DNA of 20,636 nucleotides from Rhodococcus sp. IEGM 1379 (GTDB lineage Bacteria; Actinomycetota; Actinomycetes; Mycobacteriales; Mycobacteriaceae): NCBI RefSeq assembly GCF_030056815.1, contig NZ_JASHKR010000047.1, positions 16,233 to 36,868 of the forward strand, read 5' to 3'. Shown piece by piece: positions 15,838 to 20,636 of this stretch (position 1 is its first letter; each line of letters starts with the position of its first letter). The notes under the pieces were generated by a model. It saw only the letters and a program-made list of their open reading frames with translations, ran no database searches and was not told where the DNA came from. The position numbers and the translations under genes were made by a program.

Positions 15838-16485
15838 GTGACAACCGTCGAGGAAGTAATCGTCCGGCAACGGGCCTTCGCGCAGGCACGTGACTGGGAA
15901 CAGTTCCATTCGCCGAAGAACCTGTCCATGGCGTTGGGCGGTGAAGTCGGGGAGCTGTGTGTCGAGATCGAACCGCTTCTCGTCGAGACGCCTCCACATC
16001 TCACCCCCGGGGGTCTCGAGAGCGTGCGTCATGAGGTCGCAGACGTCGCCCTCTACCTGCTCCGCCTCTACGACGTGGTGCAGATCGACCCACCCGGCGG
16101 CTTCGCGCAGATGGTGGGACACGGTGCGCCGGTCGATAGTTCGGCCGCCGCTTCCCTCGGTCTCGCACGCGCGGTGTGCCGGCTCAGTGGGGCAGTGGGT
16201 CTGTTGCTCGAAGTCTTCCAATGGGAAGACGGCGCATCGCACGCCCTCCCGTCGCGGATCGACAGAGCCGAGTTGGCCGACCGGATCGGACGGGTGTGGG
16301 ACACCCTCCACACGGTCGCGGGTCTTCTCGGTATCGATGTTGCCGCCGCGGCGGTCGCCAAGATCGACGCCAACGAACGCCGCTATCCGGTCGCCAAGAT
16401 CGACGCCAACGAACGCCGCTATCCGGTCGCGTCGAGCCGCGGATCGAGCCGCAAGTACACCGAACTGCCCGGGGCGGGCGAATGA
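15838..16485 (+). CDS. MazG-like nucleoside-triphosphate pyrophosphohydrolase (all-alpha NTP-PPase), apparently with a tandem or degenerate second half-domain
   Basis: The N-terminus matches the MazG core (AFAQARDWEQFHSPKNLSMALGGEVGELCVE ... RHEVADVALYLLRLYD). A second, partial copy follows (LLLEVFQWEDG ... ELADRIGRVWDTLHTVAGLLGIDVAAAAVAKIDANERRYP). GTG start. The 3' end contains a 36-bp perfect tandem duplication. Confidence 0.75.
   Translation: MTTVEEVIVRQRAFAQARDWEQFHSPKNLSMALGGEVGELCVEIEPLLVETPPHLTPGGLESVRHEVADVALYLLRLYDVVQIDPPGGFAQMVGHGAPVDSSAAASLGLARAVCRLSGAVGLLLEVFQWEDGASHALPSRIDRAELADRIGRVWDTLHTVAGLLGIDVAAAAVAKIDANERRYPVAKIDANERRYPVASSRGSSRKYTELPGAGE
16357..16428 (+). repeat. Perfect 36-bp tandem duplication (GCCAAGATCGACGCCAACGAACGCCGCTATCCGGTC x2) inside the MazG 3' end
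   Basis: Seen directly. It is in frame and duplicates the 12 residues AKIDANERRYPV of the conserved MazG C-terminal helix. Confidence 0.9.
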
Positions 16486-16628
16486 GCACGAGTGTGTTGA
16501 TCCAACCGTCCTTCGGCAATCCGCAGGCACGGAAGAACTACAGCAAGACACTCGCGTAGCCGTTTCCATTCGGCAACGGCACGCTCCGTAGTGCGCTGTC
16601 TGTCGCGGAGTACGAGCACCTGCTCACT

Positions 16629-17576
16629 GTGCACCCGGAAGGGGCGGCGCGGTTTTGGGCGACCCCGCGCAATCAGGACAAGATCATGTCGCGATTGAAG
16701 CAGGGTGATGTCGTTCTCTTCACGGGCAAGAATCATGTCCGCGCTATAGGTGAAGTCGGTGCTATCTTCCGCAATCCGGACGCGGGCAACGCGATGTGGC
16801 CGCCGCAGTCGACACACGGCCCGTATCTGAATGTGTACTCGCTAATCAGCTTTCAGGAAACCGAGATCCCTTACACCGATCTCCGTAAGCTCACCGACAC
16901 CCCGGATTCCAAGGGCGGGGACAACTACATGGGCGCCCGGCTCTACGACAATGATCGAGCAGCGCGGATCCTCGACGGTCTGCTGATCGAAACGGCCACC
17001 GAACTCGCTGCTACCGAACTCGCTGCTACCGAACTCGCAGCTGCCGGGGTCCACGTCGCCCCGTTGTGGGACCAAGGCGCCGTTGTCCGGGCGGAAGCCC
17101 ACAACACCAACTCCGCCACCGGAACATCCCAAGCCCGCACATTCGTGGCCGATCGCGCGGAGGCGCGACTCGTCGTCGACTACAAGAACTTCCTCCGCGC
17201 CAGTGGTGACCGACGTAGTCAGCAGCGCCTGAAATCGATAGTGGGATTCTCCGACATCTACCTCCTCCCCGACACCCCTGGCAGTGGTGCCGCCGAGATC
17301 GTGGAAGCGAAAAGTTCCCCCGCGCACGGCAAAGTACGGGAAGCGTTGGCGCAGCTACTCGACTACGTCATCCACGCCACCGCCGAGGTCGACGCACTGA
17401 CAGCGTTGTTCGAGGGGGCACCGAGTGCACGCGACATCCACTGGCTCGGCAATTACGGGATCAGGTGCGCCTTTCGCGACGGCCAAGGCGGTTTCGCCAC
17501 TATCGCCCCGCCTGAGTCCCGGGTGTCGGCGATGAAAGCGGTGTGGCAACCCACCGGCCCGGTCGGCGCTCTGTAG
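16629..17576 (+). CDS. Fusion of an N-terminal EVE/PUA-like domain and a C-terminal PD-(D/E)xK nuclease-like domain; candidate modification-dependent (Type IV-like) restriction endonuclease
   Basis: The N-terminal ~110 aa resemble EVE/PUA-like folds (RFWATPRNQDKIMSRLKQGDVVLFTGKNHVRAIGEVGAIF). The C-terminus carries a D...(13)...E-x-K arrangement in a beta-hairpin context (VGFSDIYLLPDTPGSGAAEIVEAK, then QLLDY), as in PD-(D/E)xK nucleases. A (TELAA)x3 linker repeat separates the domains. GTG start; the ORF is open a further ~25 codons upstream without a canonical start codon. Confidence 0.6.
   Translation: MHPEGAARFWATPRNQDKIMSRLKQGDVVLFTGKNHVRAIGEVGAIFRNPDAGNAMWPPQSTHGPYLNVYSLISFQETEIPYTDLRKLTDTPDSKGGDNYMGARLYDNDRAARILDGLLIETATELAATELAATELAAAGVHVAPLWDQGAVVRAEAHNTNSATGTSQARTFVADRAEARLVVDYKNFLRASGDRRSQQRLKSIVGFSDIYLLPDTPGSGAAEIVEAKSSPAHGKVREALAQLLDYVIHATAEVDALTALFEGAPSARDIHWLGNYGIRCAFRDGQGGFATIAPPESRVSAMKAVWQPTGPVGAL
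16999..17043 (+). repeat. 15-bp x3 tandem repeat (ACCGAACTCGCTGCT) encoding the (TELAA)3 interdomain linker
   Basis: Seen directly; the third copy has one substitution. Confidence 0.85.
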
Positions 17577-17733
17577 AGAGGCCCGGGAAGACAGCGTCGT
17601 CACGCGAATCAGGGATATTTCGGCGGATACACGACAAACTCGTCACGTCGGGAGCCGGACCACGCAAGTTACCTAGTTGAAGAAGTTCACGATCCGCGCC
17701 ACGAAACACGCTGATTTGGAAGGTAATTGGTCG

Positions 17734-18411
17734 ATGGCATTGATCTTGCTGCAGCCCGCGGCCAACAAGGATTCTCAGGGGCACTACGAGGACACGGTCA
17801 CCAACTTCGTTGCGCTCGAAGGGTTTCAGGGATTGCCGGCCGCGGATCTCGAGATACTTCGGACCGCGTTCCCGGCGGGCCAGTTGCAGGTCTGGGGCAC
17901 CACCCCCGCTCTCGACGGCCGTAACGTGAAGCAACATGCCAAGCTCAAGGCCGGTGACCTGGTGTTGTTTGTGAAAGACAACATGGCCTTCGCGGCTGGG
18001 CGTATTCGCCATACCTTTCGGAGCAAGGAGATCGCCGAGAAACTGTGGCCCGCCAAAGTCGCCGACGACGGGCCCACGTGGGAGTTGATGTACGCGATCG
18101 ATAGCGTGCGAGAGCTCAGCATCAAGGTCCCGGACATCAACGCCGCGGTCGGATACAAACCGACGAACTACATTCAGGGCTTTACGGTTCTCGACCAGGA
18201 CAGGAGCGACAACGTACTCAATCTCCTGGCGCCACTCGAGTTCGAGGTCGATGCCGAACTCGTGATCGTTGCCGACCCCGACGGCGGTGAACTTCCAGGA
18301 TTCAAACCGAAGGACGATTCCGACTATCGGGCAACGATTGTCGGGCACACGCAGACAAAGACCCGCCTGCATGAGCGCATTGTCGCGACGTACGGGACCG
18401 CGGCGTGTTGA
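17734..18411 (+). CDS. Standalone paralog of the EVE/PUA-like domain (alternative TTG start at 17677); the C-terminus looks like the start of an HNH motif cut off by a stop
   Basis: Paralogy with the N-domain of the preceding gene is clear: VWGTTPALDGRNVKQHAKLKAGDLVLFVKDNMAFAAGRIRHTF versus FWATPRNQDKIMSRLKQGDVVLFTGKNHVRAIGEVGAIF. The protein ends ...KTRLHERIVATYGTAAC-stop, which resembles the R..I...YG..C(xxCG) lead-in of McrA-type HNH domains. Confidence 0.6.
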   Translation: MALILLQPAANKDSQGHYEDTVTNFVALEGFQGLPAADLEILRTAFPAGQLQVWGTTPALDGRNVKQHAKLKAGDLVLFVKDNMAFAAGRIRHTFRSKEIAEKLWPAKVADDGPTWELMYAIDSVRELSIKVPDINAAVGYKPTNYIQGFTVLDQDRSDNVLNLLAPLEFEVDAELVIVADPDGGELPGFKPKDDSDYRATIVGHTQTKTRLHERIVATYGTAAC

Positions 18412-18760
18412 AACACGAATAGGGGCTGCGAGCAGTGCAAACATCATTGGCGGTTCGTGCTACGACCGTGCGATCCACAGCAATGAACTGCGCCCGATTG
18501 GTCCAGATCAACAGCCCCGCAACGATGAGGACACCGTCATCATCGGCCACCGGGAAGGCCATCGAGCCTCGTCATCACAGACCACAATGAACCGATGGAT
18601 CCAGCACATCCCAGAGCCGCAGGCCCGCGCCGGCGCCGCGTGCGCGGACCGTATGCACTCTGACGTGTGCGGCGCGCGGCAGGCGGCGGATCCTGTACGG
18701 CGATACGGACTTCTTCCTCACTCTCGCAACCTGTGTGCTTGTGCCAGCACGGTTCTTGTA

Positions 18761-19258
18761 TTAGGAGCCGAACCCGCCGCCCGGCAGGCACACCGACCCG
18801 ATGCAGGTTTTTCCGGGAACGGTGATCGGAATTGCCTGAACCTGATTTGTTGCGAAGAGGTTCTTCCAAACATCAACTGCCACATTGGAGTTTGCAGGAG
18901 CCTCGGTCACACATGCGGAATAGAGGGTGTAGTCCCCGTCCGGGACATTGAGAAACTCGGTTCTCCACGTGGATTTGGTCCAAACGGCCAGGTAGCCGTA
19001 GGGGTACCCCACGGTGTAGTCAGGCTGATCGCTCGTGGGATTCTTACTCGCATTCTGCCCGAGAATGAAGCAGTACACGTCTGCCCCCAACGTGTTGGTG
19101 ATTGTTGGCGTCACGGTGTTACCAGAGGCCGTGGCTGTGAACGTGACTCCATCGAGGAGCGCGACGCCCGGGCCCGCCGAGGCAGGTCCTCCGGCGAATA
19201 GCGCAAGGGGCGCAGCAGCTAGGACGATTATCGCTGCACGGGCGGCGAGTCGCTTCAC
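18761..19258 (-). CDS. Secreted hypothetical protein (Sec signal peptide, 4 Cys)
   Basis: 165 aa. The N-terminus MKRLAARAAIIVLAAAPLALFAGGPASA is a canonical signal peptide with an AXA cleavage site. The mature part is beta-rich with cysteines (CFILGQ, CVTEAP, CIGSVC). There is no family assignment. Confidence 0.7.
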   Translation of the reverse strand: MKRLAARAAIIVLAAAPLALFAGGPASAGPGVALLDGVTFTATASGNTVTPTITNTLGADVYCFILGQNASKNPTSDQPDYTVGYPYGYLAVWTKSTWRTEFLNVPDGDYTLYSACVTEAPANSNVAVDVWKNLFATNQVQAIPITVPGKTCIGSVCLPGGGFGS

Positions 19259-19663
19259 AGAATCACTCTCGTTTCTTATCGATGGTGCTAGTCGGAGGAG
19301 CCGATGCCCTCCGCCGAGAAGATCATGCCAGTGTGTTTACATCGGGTCGGCGATTGGTTGCACTGTGGCGGTAGCGAGGTGAGTAAGGGTGTCATAGGCA
19401 CAGACCTTCGCGGTTCCGTTGACCGCTTCTACAGGCTGATTTCGGTGTCGGCGGTGCCCTCAGCTGGTTGATCTCGAGGGCTCGGGAGATCGGTGGCAGC
19501 GGTTCCACTACGCAGCCCACCGGCCACAGCCCGCGAACTGTGGACGATGACCTCCGGACAACCCGGTGCGGTTCACTTACGGCCCCGCCGAGCCGGAATC
19601 AGCGGCTGGTTTGGCAAGGCCACACGACATCAGGTTCGACAGGTTCCCGGATACGTGCTCGCG

Positions 19664-20485
19664 TTAGTCCTCTGGGTTGGGGTCCGCGGTTAACGACCTG
19701 ACGAATTCCTGAATGTCGGGGGGAAGTAGATCAGTGTTGTCGGCCTCGAAAGGGATGCAGGCGAACAGGTTCCATACCTCTTTGAGTGCAACGGTGTGTG
19801 GAGTCAAACCGATGTGGGGGTCAGTAGGCGGCCAGATTCTGGTTAGCCCGATTTCGGTCGCTGCAGTGTCGATTCGGGTGTTGTGGCCCGGTCCCGATGA
19901 CCAGGTCGGTGCCAGAACCATCACGACGAGGTTCCCGACGCGCAGGACTGCGGCGGCGGTGCGCGCTCCGGAAGGGGCGAAACCGGCAGGAAGGCCTTTG
20001 TGATCGAGCCGTACCCTCGGGTCGTTTTTGAGAAGCACGGCATAGGTGGTTTCAAGTGTGCCCGTTGCATCTTCGTCCACCAGCGCCGCGAACACCCGGG
20101 TTCCCTTGGGTAGACCCCCAGTCGAACCGTCGCGGAAGCGGGATTTCAGCTGCTTCCGTGCGTCCTCCACCGGCCAGACATCTCCGGCCCGTTTAACACC
20201 CAACAGCAAGGTGATCCACACGATCCAGTGTGCGAGGGCGTCGAGATCTTCTTTCGAGACAGGTGCGCCCGTCTCGATCAGGTCCAGCAAAGCCGTATTG
20301 TTGTGCAACTTGCTGGTTGCGTTGTTACAGCTCCTGCATAGTGATGTCGTGAGCGGATGATTCGCAGTCGTCGCCGGTTCGATGCCCATACGCCTTAGCA
20401 ACGCCTGCGGGATGATGTGCTCGAGAGTCGAACTCCCCGGCTCCCCGCAAATGACGCACGGCCCCAGTTTCTTATCCATCGCCAC
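19664..20485 (-). CDS. HNH-family endonuclease with a C-terminal uncharacterised ~200-aa domain
   Basis: An N-terminal CVICGEPGSSTLEHIIPQALLRR...SLCRSCNN arrangement (CxxC...EHIIP...CxxCN) indicates an HNH zinc-finger nuclease. The likely true start is the ATG at 20477..20479 (MDKKLGP...); the GTG at 20485 is the ORF-track start. The C-terminal domain is unrecognised. Confidence 0.7.
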   Translation of the reverse strand: MAMDKKLGPCVICGEPGSSTLEHIIPQALLRRMGIEPATTANHPLTTSLCRSCNNATSKLHNNTALLDLIETGAPVSKEDLDALAHWIVWITLLLGVKRAGDVWPVEDARKQLKSRFRDGSTGGLPKGTRVFAALVDEDATGTLETTYAVLLKNDPRVRLDHKGLPAGFAPSGARTAAAVLRVGNLVVMVLAPTWSSGPGHNTRIDTAATEIGLTRIWPPTDPHIGLTPHTVALKEVWNLFACIPFEADNTDLLPPDIQEFVRSLTADPNPED

Positions 20486-20636
20486 GTCAGCACTCCAAAC
20501 GTCGTCAGCAGGCCGGATCAGCCTCCTGTGAAGTACCGAACGATATTCGACGAGGGTGCAGACACAGGCCGCAGGCCAGATGGGACTGCCCCCACTTTGA
20601 TTGACTCGTGGGGTTTATAGGCTCAGGCCGCGTCTG

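Noticed and set aside
17500-18447. 315-aa minus-strand ORF covering the second EVE-like gene
   Set aside because: Antisense to a gene with clear paralogy to its neighbour; the translation is Arg/Gly/Pro-rich with no motifs.
18269-19201. 310-aa plus-strand ORF spanning the convergent intergenic region and the secreted-protein gene, and the 86-aa minus ORF 18302..18562
   Set aside because: The plus ORF is antisense to a gene with an unambiguous signal peptide and has low-complexity translation. I checked its 18420..18600 portion for an HNH remnant (AIHSNELRPIG...PRNDEDTVIIGHREGH) but the zinc-ligand cysteines are absent, so any relic is too decayed to call. The short minus ORF has a hydrophobic N-terminus but overlaps the EVE-like gene's 3' end antisense and lacks support.
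13338-20485. Considered a prophage origin for the right half (HNH endonucleases and MazG are common phage cargo)
   Set aside because: No capsid, terminase, portal, tail, integrase or attachment-site/tRNA signals in the window, and the EVE-nuclease fusion architecture is more typical of host defence islands. A degraded prophage remnant cannot be excluded.

Overview
This is a high-GC, actinobacterial-type window (Rhodococcus/Nocardia/Mycobacterium-like codon usage) with many spurious off-frame ORFs. There are no rRNA, tRNA, CRISPR or recognisable IS/integrase genes. The left half is one long minus-strand block. It holds a 580-aa beta-propeller-like protein (10433..12175) followed 43 bp later by a 2217-aa giant protein (3737..10390). 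The giant protein carries two PQQ/BamB-like beta-propeller regions, two LamG/concanavalin-A-like lectin domains, a beta-rich middle region and a ~600-aa C-terminal region with about six predicted transmembrane or amphipathic helices. After it come a frameshifted YVTN beta-propeller repeat gene built from three ~120-bp near-identical tandem DNA repeats (3140..3588), a short NfeD-like gene (2856..3125) and a translationally coupled SPFH/flotillin gene (1653..2849). At the far left are a 5'-truncated NMT1/SsuA-like substrate-binding protein and a convergent NTF2-like protein. The right half (13.3-20.5 kb) looks like a defence island: an HNH endonuclease with an N-terminal zinc ribbon, a DUF3761 membrane protein, a MazG-like NTP pyrophosphohydrolase, a fusion of an EVE/PUA-like domain with a PD-(D/E)xK nuclease, a second standalone paralog of the same EVE-like domain that appears to stop at the start of an HNH motif, a secreted cysteine-containing protein and a second HNH-family nuclease. 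A 1.16-kb ORF-free stretch (12176..13337) separates the two halves and carries a 12-bp perfect inverted-repeat pair. The most likely undescribed system is either the MazG + EVE-nuclease + EVE-paralog module with its flanking HNH nucleases, or the giant lectin/propeller/membrane-domain protein with its propeller partner. All domain calls are from motif recognition by eye; no database searches were run.
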